Shown: positions 25,316-37,881 of the stretch, in pieces
Position numbering within the stretch: position 1 is the first letter of the stretch
Layout: each line of letters begins with the position of its first letter
Assembly: GCA_026023565.1 (NCBI GenBank)
Contig: JAPETS010000027.1
Location: 248,001-312,000, forward strand
DNA length: 64,000 nucleotides
Reading direction: 5' to 3'
Source: Cirrosporium novae-zelandiae
Taxonomy: Eukaryota
The notes under the pieces: generated by a model
Seen by the model: only the letters and a program-made list of their open reading frames with translations
What the model was told of the DNA's origin: nothing
The model's database searches: none
Program-made: the position numbers and the translations under genes

Positions 25316-26824
25316 TCAATGTGTCTTCCATGTAGGGTCAAAAGTATCCCTACTCAAACTGCGCAATTTTGACATCCAGACGTCAGTATCGACATAACCC
25401 CCTTTCAACCACCTCTCACCACTATTTGTATCGAAAGCTTTCCGAGCATGTAAAACCCGCCTGTTGTTAAAGATGACACATTGTCCAGGTTCTAGCCTTT
25501 TCTCAAGTACCATATCTGGACTGTTGACAATCTTGTCGAACTCACGAGCGGCAGCCAGATAGAGTCGAAAGCTTTCACTGAAAGTACTTGGAAATGCACG
25601 ACGTGGCGTGAAGGGGGCTTGAAATGGCGGACTCCAATTAACATGCTTAATCTTAGAATGAATTTGAGCGTAGTGGTCGGTCACAAGAAGATCACCAGTC
25701 TCAAAGGTAGGAAAATTATCGAGCTCAATTGTTGGGCGAGTGTAATGGTAACGTTGATCTCCATTAAAATAGCGATAGCTAACTGGAAATTGGAGTAGTG
25801 ATTTGAACAGCTCAATTCGTGACCATCTAAGGATAACTGCTGCATTGAGTGCATCAGAAAATATCGATTCACCACCATTGCAGGATGAACGAAGGCAATG
25901 AAGTAGTTGCAGGCCAGGCGGATCAGCCATATAAAGGAGATCCATGTGCAATCCCAAGTGCTTGTTGGTGTAGGCAACGTTTTCGGCATTTGGTTTCGAT
26001 TTCACATCCCATGTTTTCCCGTAAAATGTATGGCGCAGGCCCCCAATTCGTGATGTAATCACTTCGATAGAGTTTGGGCTATCGGGAACATTATGGATGA
26101 AAACCAATCCGTACTCCTTCAGATGACGAAGAGCGGTTAGAAGACTGCTGTCCTCTTGGCAAATGTCACTATATTCTAAACCGCAACTAAAGTTCTCTCC
26201 TAGTTTTGGAAAGACTGAGATTGCATCCTTCCCCCACGGGCTCTCGTTTGGAAGCCCGTTAGGTTTTTCCTCCAAGCCCATTGAGTCGGCCTGATTGCTC
26301 AACCAGTTGCAGCTGAAGTTAGTAACATGATCTTCTCCATATCCATCTATATCATGGTCCCAATACAAATGACAGCCTTGTTCATCAATCCGGACAGCTT
26401 TTATAGTGATGTTTTCTGGGATATCGGATGACTGAAATTGCTTCTGGGTAGTTGAAGGGTCGATACAATGTGGACATGAACACAAATCTCGAAGAAAAGT
26501 ATAGGGGAAGGTGCTAGTAGCTTGTTTGCCAGTTACTATAAGTGCTTTTAGGTCATCGCGGACCTGTACCCCAACTCTACAACGTTGATCCATGTCTAAA
26601 ACCCTCAAGGACTCAGAGAGCAAGTTAGAATGCATCGGGTGTCTGGTATTTTGTGTTGGCCATTGTTGTTCACTATTTCCTTCCAACCGGATTGGTGTTG
26701 ATCCAAAACGTCTCCGTACCGCATATGCATAGAGCTTTTGTAAGGGTAAGGCACGGTTTATAGATCCAGTTCCCCCCTTACAGAAAAGACATTGCACCAT
26801 TGGACGAGTAAAGGTATACGACAT
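25316..26824 (-). CDS. Gamma-butyrobetaine/trimethyllysine dioxygenase family Fe(II)/2-OG enzyme (BBOX1/Aim17-like), probably mitochondrial
   Basis: N-terminal FLRDLCSCPHC...H Zn-binding module; TauD-like core NVAYT..LGLHMDLLY (HxD), FNNRRVLHAR, GERWLKGGY; Arg-rich presequence-like N-terminus. Confidence 0.9.
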   Translation of the reverse strand: MSYTFTRPMVQCLFCKGGTGSINRALPLQKLYAYAVRRRFGSTPIRLEGNSEQQWPTQNTRHPMHSNLLSESLRVLDMDQRCRVGVQVRDDLKALIVTGKQATSTFPYTFLRDLCSCPHCIDPSTTQKQFQSSDIPENITIKAVRIDEQGCHLYWDHDIDGYGEDHVTNFSCNWLSNQADSMGLEEKPNGLPNESPWGKDAISVFPKLGENFSCGLEYSDICQEDSSLLTALRHLKEYGLVFIHNVPDSPNSIEVITSRIGGLRHTFYGKTWDVKSKPNAENVAYTNKHLGLHMDLLYMADPPGLQLLHCLRSSCNGGESIFSDALNAAVILRWSRIELFKSLLQFPVSYRYFNGDQRYHYTRPTIELDNFPTFETGDLLVTDHYAQIHSKIKHVNWSPPFQAPFTPRRAFPSTFSESFRLYLAAAREFDKIVNSPDMVLEKRLEPGQCVIFNNRRVLHARKAFDTNSGERWLKGGYVDTDVWMSKLRSLSRDTFDPTWKTH

Positions 26825-27292
26825 TTGTATAAGAATAAATAAGATAGGTGAATTTAAAAACGCTGTAATAGTTTTAAAAGAGATGAAAATAAAGAAATTA
26901 TGTACAGGAAGCTAGAAGCGTTAATATAACACAGAACTTACCTAGGTAATCATATGAAGAGAGAATTGAAGTACAGAGGAGAGATAAAGTACCTTTAGAG
27001 GCTCTTAGGTGGGTTGTAATTACAATACCTCGGTAGAGCAGAGCGATGGGTAAACTGACGCGGGTAATTATTATCCATAGTTTACACGTATTATATACCA
27101 CGGTATTACTTGAATACATTTCTAAATAATTAATTATTCCGGACTTAAGGACACAACTGGAACCTCGACGCGGTACCTCAATACTCGCCGTTTTTGGTAT
27201 CCGTTCGTCCGCGTCCATCTTGTGCTTGCCTACTATTTTAACCCCTGCCAATTAACTGCCACGCAATACAGATACTATTAACTGGTAGATGC

Positions 27293-28413
27293 ATGTCTGG
27301 CGAAGGCCGAGAGCGCCTCAAGGATGAGGTACGCTGGCCTTGGTTGATTACATCTCGGTTTCTATTGACTGTCGAGTTTAGGGCTCCAGAGAGCAGGTCG
27401 TTGTTGCTGGCGCAGTTGCTGGCCTAGTTTCTAGGTATTTCATGAAAGCTAGCATTCTCTACGGTCGCATGTGTGTTAATTCGGGATAGATTCTTCATTG
27501 CTCCGCTAGATGTCATCAAGATTCGCTTGCAACTCCAGATTCATTCCCTCTCTGATCCGTTGTCTCTGCAAGGTGTGAATGGCCCAGTCTACAAGGGAAC
27601 TCTTCCTACGCTCAAAACAATCCTTCGAGAAGAAGGACTTACTGTATGTTGAATACCCTGACGCATGGATCACATGCCTAACCTTAGCAGGGTCTTTGGA
27701 AAGGCAACGTTCCCGCCGAACTTCTCTACCTCTTCTACGGGAGCTGTCAGTTTACTACTTATCATAGCACAAATCATCTACTTTCAAGTCTCCCTAGACG
27801 CCTCCCTCCTTCCGCCGAGTCATTCATCAGTGGTGCTGTCGCTGGTGGCATTGCCACAACTACCACCTATCCCCTTGACCTCCTACGAACCCGTTTCGCA
27901 GCCCAGGGAAATGATAAAGTTTATACGTCGTTAAGAGACAGTATCCGTAACATATGGCGGTCTGAAGGCCCCAGTGGTTTCTTTCAAGGTTTAGGAGCTG
28001 GCGTGGGACAAATTGTTCCATATATGGGTCTATTTTTCTCGACCTATGAAGCCCTCCGTCTTCCGCTAGCCGAATATAATCTTCCTCTAGGTACTGGCGA
28101 TGCAACAGCAGGCGTACTCGCAAGTGTGTTTGCTAAGACGGGCGTGTTTCCCCTCGACTTGATACGAAAGCGGTTACAGGTACAGGGCCCGACCCGGGAG
28201 CGTTATGTACACCATAATATTCCAGTTTACAAGGGTGTTTCGCAGACTATGAAAGACATTATCAAAGCAGAGGGTATACGGGGGCTTTATAGAGGCTTGA
28301 CCGTTAGTCTATTCAAAGCAGTACCAGCAGGGGCAATTACGGTTTGGACTTATGAGCGGGTATTAAATGTTATGCGTGAAATGGAAAGGCAGGCTAACAT
28401 AATGAATGATTAA
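27293..28413 (+). CDS. TPC1: Mitochondrial thiamine pyrophosphate carrier (4 exons)
   Basis: [95 protein letters not shown] - three carrier signature repeats. Confidence 0.92.
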
Positions 28414-28776
28414 TTGGAATTAGCAGCATTTAATAGAATGTATATTAACTAGAGGATATATAAAAATGGTCCAAAATTGAATTAGGCTTATCAATCGTCA
28501 ATTAATTAATTACTACCTACCTAGGTAGGTACTTTCGACTATGTAGGTACCTAAGTACTACTTATATGTAGGGGAGACCAGAGACCTCCGCAGCCTCCGA
28601 AATAAGGTTTTCGGCAATTAGAGCTAGGCATGCACGTGCTAGACCATCATTTCTGAGTTGAACTCTTGGCGCCTCACCATAATTTTTTTAACTAGGAACC
28701 GACTATTTGTATGGTAGCTGCTGCGATACAAGCTAAATTATTGTCGACACAAAGACCATATATTTGTGCTTTCAAA

Positions 28777-29833
28777 ATGGCGACTCCAGTGGCTCCTTTC
28801 ATCAAGGAAATCAAGCCCCGTAATGCGCGGTCGAAAAGAGAACTAGCAAAAAGAGCACCGCTAGTTAAAGAAAACCCGAAGAAAGCACTATTCCTCGAAT
28901 ACACAAAATGCTCGCAGCCGCTCCATTCCTTAATGACCGACCTTTGCTCAATAAAGAAGCCGTATGATTCCCTGCATTATCGTCGAAAGTATTTATGCTA
29001 ATTGCTTTTTCAGATTCTCCGTTAGATTCAATAAGAAAAATGACGTTCACCCTTTCGAATCGACAGATTCTCTAGAATGGTTCAGTCTAAAGAATGACGC
29101 TAGCTTATTGGTATTTGGCAGCCATTCAAAGAAGCGCCCGCATTGCCTGACCATGATAAGAACCTTTAATCACAAAGTCCTAGATATGATGGAGTTTCTC
29201 GTGGTAGAGGGAAGCTTAAGGACGATGGGTCAATTTGGAGGCGGGCGTAAAGCTAGCGTTGGCGCGAAACCGCTTCTTGCTTTCCAAGGTGCAATTTGGG
29301 AGGATCAGAGTAATGCGACCTACACCCAGGCCAAAAGTCTTTTGTTGGATTTCTTTCGGGGCGAGGAAGTCCAGACTATAGATGTCGAAGGCCTTAATTT
29401 TTTCATCGCTATCTCAACTGGCGAATCTGTCATGGACCAGCCCTCTCCCCTCATACGCCTTCGCGTCTACCTCATTAAAACTAAGCGCAGTGGTCAGCGG
29501 CTCCCGCGAGTTGAGCTCGAGGAAATGGGTCCCCGAGTCGATCTGCGGATAGGAAGGATCAAGGAGCCCGAAGAAGCAGTCATGAGGGAGGCGCTGAAAA
29601 AACCGAAGGGCACTGAAGAGAGACCGAAGAAGAACATTGAGACTGATATTATGGGTGATAAGTTGGGAAGAATTCACTTAGGACGGCAGGATTTGAAGGG
29701 GTTACAGACGAGAAAGATGAAAGGGTTGAAAAGATCGAGGGATGTAGAGGAAGATATGGACGACGACCAAGAAGACATCATATCTACAGACGAAGAGGGG
29801 GATGTGGGAAGCAAGCGCTACAAGGCTGCATGA
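28777..29833 (+). CDS. RPF2: Brix-domain ribosome biogenesis protein Rpf2 (2 exons)
   Basis: IKPRNARSKRELAKRAP; KKNDVHPFE; KNDASLLVFGSHSKKRPH; LPRVELEEMGPR; LGRIHLGRQDL..LQTRKMKGLK; intron 28962-29013. Confidence 0.95.
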
Positions 29834-29990
29834 TCTAAAAAGTATGGTGCTAATATACATGTATGCTTGGTTTAGAGGCGGTGTTATCAAGAGGGACAAA
29901 ATATCATGTTTTCTATGGGTATCGTTTCCTAAGATCGCAGGAAATCCTTGCTATTCTATGTGGATTTTATTACTGGCCTGATTATGTCAA

Positions 29991-31158
29991 TCAGGCTTCT
30001 TCTATGATTCTAGGTTTCTCGAGGGGTTCTGCTGGCGTGCTTTTAATCGAATCTTGGTTTTGCACAAGTCGCTGTATGCTATCAGAATCTGCAAAACCAG
30101 TCTAGATAGAGGCTACTCTTACCAGGAGATTTCTCATGAGTATAGCAATGGTAACTTTTCCAATTGCTGGAACATATATTGAGGCTTTTTCTTTCACTTC
30201 TGGTCCAAAGTTCTTCGGAGCGCTTAGCATCCACTCGCTCACAATTCAAATTCAACGACCTACCTTCTCGCTCGAAAAGTTAATGCAAACAGCTCCTTGT
30301 CTGAGTAAATGTATTGGGAATTTGAAGTCCCCAGGTACACCGCTTATAACGACGTCGCTCAATGGGATACATTCCTCGAGTTGCATTCCTGGCTTCTCAT
30401 GCACTGAATGTCGTCGCTTCTTTATCCCCTCTCCACGGGTGAACTGATGAACATCACTTATATCAACTGAATATACACAAGCTCCATCGTTGGCAAGTAG
30501 GGCAGCAAGTGGTCTTCCCACAACCTCAGAACGGTTTACGACTGTAATGGTATGGCCAAACAATCTATTCCCATATGGCAAAATGGAGTTATAGATATGT
30601 AGGTATTCTAGAATTTTGATAATGGCCAGAGGTGTGCAGGGCAATATACTCTTTTTTGTCTGCGCATCATCTAGGAATCGTATATTCTGGTACATGTTGA
30701 AGAGGTATCGGTGGCTGAGTCCTTCCACATCTTTTCGAAAATCTGTAATCTGTTGGAGATACTGGTCCTGGCGGTTTCCAAAGATGGGATAGTAGATTAT
30801 GATACCGTCGACATCGGAGTCAGTATTAGCATTGAGAAGCTGCTCCTCCAGACTTTCTCGGTCTACTTCGCGTAAAGAGAACTTGAAGCCACTATAGTAT
30901 TTATATCACTCTTAGTGTCACCTCGTCGATAATACTAAACGAAAGGGGATGGCACGAACACGGTGCTCACTTTTCTGTGCAAGTTTTTCCGGTCCATTCA
31001 GCATATTTCCGCGAGGCTGGGTCAGAATTGGAAAGAAACCCCACAAGGTGGGGAGGTCGTCCAAGCTTCTTCAGGCCATCAGACACCTCTTGGAGGAGGC
31101 TTTTGGCGATTGTGCCCGCGAGTATGACTTTGCAGGAGGGCGACTCTGTGGAAGCCAT
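29991..31158 (-). CDS. MTD1: NAD-dependent methylenetetrahydrofolate dehydrogenase (4 exons)
   Basis: CKVILAGTIA..PHLVGFL..YAEWTGKTC; DGIIIYYPIFG; KDVEGL; ILPCTPLAIIKILEYL; NRSEVVGRPLAALLANDGA; last exon RLVQNQ...IIEEA*. Confidence 0.95.
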
Positions 31159-31460
31159 TGTTTTTGGTTAGGATAATGTAAATTAGCCCGTAAAAAAAGA
31201 AAAGGCAATGGTGGTAAAAGAATAGAATACACAGCGCACAAAGCAATCTTAATGGAATGAGTAGAGGGGGGGGGAAACTAGGAAAACGGAGCCAATCTTT
31301 CGAATGGTTTTTTTTAATGTTCCTGGAGCCCCCGCGATCAGACTTATCGATAAACTACGAAGCTAATAAATTGGTCTTTGTCCGACGTCACTCTCCACAA
31401 CAAATTTTAGGATCCATTTAAAGAATTAATGAAATTTTTTAATGGACTACGCTTTGCAAC

Positions 31461-34400
31461 ATGTCTACTGACGTCCAGAAGTATTTGCTAACTGTCGATG
31501 ACAGTAAGAGTGATGCAGCAGAGATTGCAGCAGAAACTGTGAAAAGTAAGTATTTTTGTCGTAAAAAGATTCAGGCCTACAAATACTTATGCTAAATTGT
31601 GTGACTTAGAACTTGAAAGCAAAGAGACAAGTCTAATAGATGTGGTCCAATCACTTGGGGAATATATAAATGAACAAGATGTCACCATCCGCTCAAAAGC
31701 TGTTTCATACCTTGCCGCTGTTATTGCTGCACTTCCTCCAAGGTTCTTAAACCGACAGCAGATACAAGTGCTATGCCAGTTTTTCTGTGATCGGATAGAA
31801 GATGGCGGGGCATTGGGAGGTCTCCTGGGTCTACAGGCTCTGGATAGGTTCAATGAAGATATGGCAGTTATGATAGTTCGAGCGTGAGTGCGTGCTTCCC
31901 AGTTGAAAGTAACCGGTTGAGAAAGACGTCTATCTTGTCATGCTTGCCCCTGGATCTGTATACATAGGATGAGCGCAAAATAGATATTGATGGTTTTACA
32001 GAATGTTTGATAGTTTCCAAGACCTCCAACTGCGACCGCAGGGACAAAGATACCAAATTCTCCAGTTACTGAATGAACTCATGTCCAATCATCGCAAAGG
32101 TAGGCTACTCTCCTCATTGTCTTGGGCAGCAGTCTCTTATTTGCGAAGCCATTAGAGATCTCGGAAAAGAATCCCTGGTTGGGGTTACAGACCTTGTCAG
32201 TGGGGAAAAAGATCCTCGGAATCTGATGGTAGTGTTTTCGATATTGAAGGTTATAATGGCTGAGTGGGACATCACTGACCACGAAGAAGTATATAATTCT
32301 GTAGGACTTTTGGTCATATTATTATACTTACCATATCACAGACATTATTTCATTCCGTATATTGTTATTTCCCTATAACTTTTCGGCCGCCCTCAGATGA
32401 TCCATACCGTATCACAGCACAGGACCTAAAAGATCGCCTCCGAGATTGCATTGCTTCCAGGAGCCAATTTGCCCCTCACACATTTCCGAATATGATTGAT
32501 AAGCTAGACTCGACCTCACCGAATGTCAAGGTACGTTGAGTTCGCAAGCCGTATTAAGCAGGTGCTGAAAATCAAAAGAAAGACTGTCTGCATACCATAA
32601 CTGCTTGTGCCCTGTCGTACGATGTAGCTGCCATATCACGGTATTCCATCACGCTCTGGGATTCCCTAAAATTCGAAATTCTAAATGCTCAGTCGGAAGA
32701 ATTGGCAGAAGAAGCGTTGATAGCTTTGCGAGCTATTGCAGTTCGACTGTCTGATACAAAGACGCCAGAGTCTGATCAATCATTCTTAGCCCAATATCTA
32801 CACCCCATTACGAAGGAATGTATGGAAGAGCTGCAGGAGGTTCAGCAGAAAAAAGTGAAACAATTAGGCCAAATTCTTGGGAGACTATGTAGTGCATCAG
32901 CCCCAGCATTCCTATTAATTGAAAAAGGGGTAGTTCCTTTTCTGTTGACAATATATCAAGATAACCTGGGGGAGATTCTCAAAGAACGAGTTCTTCTGGA
33001 AGTCTTCGTGCAATTCTTCGAATCTGCTATTGAGGTGTTTGGGAGCTGGAAATCAATACCAAGTCATGGAAATGCATTCACACATTCACCATTGGGAGGC
33101 TTCAAAGACCGTCTTTTTGAAATCTTCAGCCAAGCTCTCATGGGGTCGCTAAAAGAAGAAGTCTCATTCAGGGTAATAGCCATAAAAGGTTTACTACTGA
33201 TGTCTAAACTGCGACATTTTTTCGAAGACGACGAAATCGGAATGATTGTACAATACTGCAATGATATTTCCCTCGTTGAGGAATCTTATGGGAACGACGA
33301 CATCAAAAAAGAGGCTATCCAGTGTTTAGCCAATATATCGACATTCAAGCCAACCCTTATTATGGACATCACGTTCCCAGCATTTATGGCGAAACTGCCT
33401 GATTCTGATACAGGAGGAGATAAACAGTACCTGACAACATTGGAAGGGCTTGCCCTCATTAGTGTTGAAAAGGACATATCTGAGACATTGATCCGGAGGC
33501 TGCTAAATAAACTAGATGTGATTCTACGAGGTAATGCTCGTCCCACATATGCTCATGCAGTTTTATCCACCATCCTCTACGTTCTTGACAAGAGAAAGGA
33601 AGAAGAAGATCCCAACCTTCACAGCTACTATGATAGGATCATCGTAGGACTCATTCGCAAAACGGTACTTCCAACAATTGGCCAAGGTTCTTTGACAGCC
33701 CTGAACGATCCTGCCGTTATGGAAATTCTAGGGCAACTGTGCAATCTCGTGATTCATCGGCTTCGAGGGGAGAAACAAGATGCAGCTTCGAAGGAAATAT
33801 ATACCCTTTTCAGCGGTATCGAAGGCTTTACGCCGGTTCCTCTCTGTGGGAATTATTCTTCGGAGAGAAGCAATACCATGATATTATCCACTTATCTCCT
33901 CGCTGCACTGAGGCCAGATGTAAGCACCTCTCGATATACCCCTGCCAAATCACATGAATAACTGATATTCCCAGGTCGACCTTACTTTTTCCCAAGAAGT
34001 TCAAACTTCTATAACCGACTTGCTCCGTGCTATTGTCACTCAAGCCCTAAACACATCTCTCAGTACATCTCCTTCCGCTCGCCTCTTCATTCTTCGTCAC
34101 CTTGCCCTTATAATTAACAAATTTCTCCTTAGCTCTTCTCTCTCGTTGGCTGAAAACCTCCTTTGGGAATTTGATTCTGGTCTTCTGACCCTCATAGAAG
34201 ACCCATTAAAAGCCGAGGCTTGTATTCGTCCGATTTTCTGGATAGCTAAAGCGTTGCTCCTGCGATTACACCAAACGGAGAAACTCCTTTCGTCCCTAAT
34301 GGACCTTTTAAAGTCTGATGTATATGGAGCAACGGCTGCAAGAGGTTTTACCCTTCTTCTCTCTCCCGACCCCATCCTCTCTCGTTCAAACGGCGCCACT

Positions 34401-35007
34401 ATCCGCCTTCTTGCACCCCAAAAGATTTTCACGATTTGTGCTCCCGGTCTCGAATCTCTCTTCCGCTCAACTACTGATCCCACAATCAAACCCAATTATC
34501 TTATTGCGCTATCTGGGCTGTTAAGGTATGTAAGTAGCGAAATAATGATGCAGCAGCTTGGTACGTTATTACCATTACTCCTACAGAGTTTAGAGTTAGA
34601 AGAAGTGGAAACAAAGGGTGCGACTGTGGAGACATTGATAGTGATTGTGAGGGAGAATCCGGGGGCATTGGAGGAACACGCGCAAAGTTTGATTACAAGA
34701 CTTCTCAAGATATCTTCGGAGACAAAGAAAACCCCTCCTGTAAGACTCCTATCTTCCATTGCATTTGTTCAAATCCATGCATACAAATTCTAACCCTGAA
34801 TAGAGCATTCGCCGTGCATCTCTTGGGGCCCTGACCCTCTTCCCTATGCAACTGAGCCATACAGTTCTTCTTCCCTACAAACGCTCGGTAGATCGAAGCC
34901 TACTAACAATATTAGATGATCCAAGACGTGATGTTAGGAGGCAGGCGGTGGATTGTCGAGCGAAGTGGCTAGGAATGGATGACCCAAAGGATATAGATGA
35001 AGACTAA
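31461..35007 (+). CDS. MMS19: MMS19/Met18 HEAT-repeat cytosolic Fe-S assembly targeting factor (8 exons)
   Basis: LIDVVQSLGEYI; GEKDPRNLMVVF; CYFPITFRPPSDDPY; IDKLDSTSPNVK|KD; LLPLLLQSL; LDDPRRDVRRQAVDCRAKW; stop TAA 35005-35007. Confidence 0.93.
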
Positions 35008-35767
35008 AAATGAGACCCAGTGACTGCCTGGGTATTGCGAGAAAGGTTAATTGGTTTGTTAGAAGCATGTCACATGTCACGTAAGACAAAGCATGAAGAG
35101 CTACCCGCCGAGGAGTTGATATTTGATGGGTCAAATTGTTTGCTACTTATACTTTGATACCATGGAGTACTTGTAATATACTTGAAGTAATTGCTGTCCT
35201 ATTTTAATTAATTACAAGGCTGAAACTATTCCGAATTTGGGCTAACGGGATCTCCGCAAGTCAGTAAATCGGCGTAATCTTATTCCCCGTCCGGAATCGG
35301 CATTGGTCGGCATTACGTCTTCCAGGTCTGATGGATCTGTATAGCTCCAAAAGTTACAGGGTTGGCTAAGCCTTTCCGTATATTATCTGAAACCTTTGGA
35401 CACTTCCTTCTCCGTTCATGCCTGCAGGCCTGTTACCTTTGTTTAGTTACTTGGGTAAGGTTTCAACATTTGACATTCTCGTTTTTTTTTCTAATCACTG
35501 CTGAATTTTCCACCTTTGCTTATTCACTCATTTGCTTGCTTGGTGAGATGAGAAGTTAAGCGGTCTCGGTGCGCCCTAAGCTACTCTAGACAAGTGCTCA
35601 GCCGCAATGAAATCACGACAACATAGTCCTCAAGCAGATTCCGTACGTCTAAAGACCTATAGACTAGATATGAGTGCCGGTATGTAATTATACGTCTCAT
35701 ATACCATATTGCTTTATCCAATCTACCTCTCATATTTCTCATCGCAACAACATTTTCATTATCTACA

Positions 35768-36868
35768 ATGCCTTTCAAAAACAAAAAGCCACCCAAAACA
35801 AAGATGGTATCTAACTATCCTCCAGAGTTGCCCCAGCTTCAATTCGACGATGTTTTCGACTCTACTCTGGACATGAATGGTTCAGTCGGGTCCCATGGAG
35901 ATCATACAGCTTCAAATGGAAATGTCCCTAGATCTCAATCTCCTACCACCCTCTCAAACGGCGCTGGCACCACTTCCTCTAATGGTGACGAGAATGGATG
36001 CAGTACACCATACAAGAAATCATCTACCAATACAAGTTCTTGGGCTTCACCGAAGCCTTCCGAGCCCGACGCCTTTGGCTCCGTTTCACATGGGGACTCC
36101 CACACCGATTCACCCCCTCATGATCAGCAGCAGCAGCAATGGTCGTCTGCGGTGGGACGAGCAACAACAGGAAAATCTGGTCGTGTCATTGAGCGGTTGA
36201 TGGGCGAAAAGGATAATCTGAATAGAGAATGCCATGTATTGCGCATGCGTTGTGAGGAGGCGGATAGACGATTTGATTCTGCAAAAGCGCGGTCAAAATT
36301 ATTGGAGGAGGAGAATTCTACTCTCAGGCATATGAAAGACATCGATAAGGCTTCCTTGGCCAGAAGAGATCGAATTATCGAAAACCTCAAAGCTGATCTA
36401 ACAGCGGAAAAAGAGAGAAGAGTAAAGGCAGAGAAGACTACCCAAGATGCTACTCTGATTGCAAACCAATACCAAGAGGCTTCGGCATCCTATGAGACAA
36501 AGTTGCAGGTAGCTTCAACATCGTGGGAGAAATTCAAGTTAGAATTACAGTCTCAGATTGATGGGCTCCGGAGGGAACTGGAAAGACTACGCAAATCCCA
36601 GAAGGATGACAGGAAGAAAGTAGCTCAGTGGGAAGCTCTATCGGAACAGAAGCAGCGCGAAATTACTATTACCAATCAGAAATATGCAGCACTTTTACAG
36701 AAGCTCAAACAATACCAGGATACCAGCGATCTTGAACTACGGACGATCAGAGAAGATTCAATGAGATCGCAGGAAAAAAATGAGGAATTGGAGGAGGAGA
36801 TGAGGAGGATATTGGGCGAAATGAAATGGGTCATGAATGTGAAGAAAGACGTCTCTAGTGCTCGATAG
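35768..36868 (+). CDS. Coiled-coil protein with She3-like conserved motif
   Basis: Disordered Ser-rich N-terminus, then WSSAVGRATTGKSGRVIERLMGE and a long heptad region ending MKWVMNV; motif recalled from Pezizomycotina SHE3-domain annotations. Confidence 0.7.
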   Translation: MPFKNKKPPKTKMVSNYPPELPQLQFDDVFDSTLDMNGSVGSHGDHTASNGNVPRSQSPTTLSNGAGTTSSNGDENGCSTPYKKSSTNTSSWASPKPSEPDAFGSVSHGDSHTDSPPHDQQQQQWSSAVGRATTGKSGRVIERLMGEKDNLNRECHVLRMRCEEADRRFDSAKARSKLLEEENSTLRHMKDIDKASLARRDRIIENLKADLTAEKERRVKAEKTTQDATLIANQYQEASASYETKLQVASTSWEKFKLELQSQIDGLRRELERLRKSQKDDRKKVAQWEALSEQKQREITITNQKYAALLQKLKQYQDTSDLELRTIREDSMRSQEKNEELEEEMRRILGEMKWVMNVKKDVSSAR

Positions 36869-37881
36869 GCAGTGCCATTAGTTGTTGGCGATGAATCATT
36901 CGTGATGGATGGTAGATGGCATCGGGTTATGACGACAATATCTGCATCTTATAGGCGCCCGGGTGTTCTTTTAGCAGCGGTGTTGAGTCAGTGGCGTGCC
37001 ATTTCTCATTCTCACCCAATGCGATATACCAGAAGGAAAAGGCGCATAAAAGCAACGGCAATGTTGTTACAGCTTGGAGTTAGTGAGGGGCTCGGAAACT
37101 CATAGTAGGCATTCCACAGGAACACATGTCTAATATCCTCGGGTTCTATACGTGGTATGAGTTCTTGTTGGAATAGTTGTTTTTAATGTACATCTAAAAC
37201 TTCGCGACATGAAGGTGGGTATCCAAGCAACTGGTATTATAGACAGGCAGATAGGGGTTACAATCATGTTAAGCCTGTTCATTGTTTATTGACCTGCTAA
37301 AAGAAAGGTACGTTAGGACCAACATACTATCTCGACAGCTATACCAGCCCAGTACTTGAATCTAATATCTCTATAGTACTACTCATCGTCCCATGTTGCT
37401 CCAGTACCTACGTTTGTTTCTTAATGTCGGACGACGTACAGTACAATTTACCCACTCACGAATATACGGAAAGAGCATGATGGCCTGCAGCCTATCATAT
37501 TCTTGCATATTAACTAATGTAATTTTTCTATTCATTCACTGCAAGCTACATACAGCCAAAATAATTGATAAATTCATATGTATTGAACATTACGGGGAGG
37601 GGGTGAGGATAATATTCTGCATGCACTCTGCCTTCCGTTCCTTCACTCGCCCCTCAACCAAATCCCTTGTCCACCTGCGGCCATCTTAAATTCCCTCTTC
37701 TCTTCTCTTCTCTTCTACCTTATTTAACAAATCCTCTCTGCTCAACCGCTTCCACTCTTCTTATCTTCATGCTCAACTTCAACGGTTGGATGACCCTTCT
37801 AAACCAAATCAAATCATATAAGAAAGAGTGCTTACTTTCCCCTTCTACTCTAACATCTTCATCTCCAAATCCGAACTGAAG

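Noticed and set aside
27293..27690. TPP riboswitch in TPC1 introns or leader
   Set aside because: The introns are only about 45-55 nt and I could not find the CTGAGA or aptamer core motifs.
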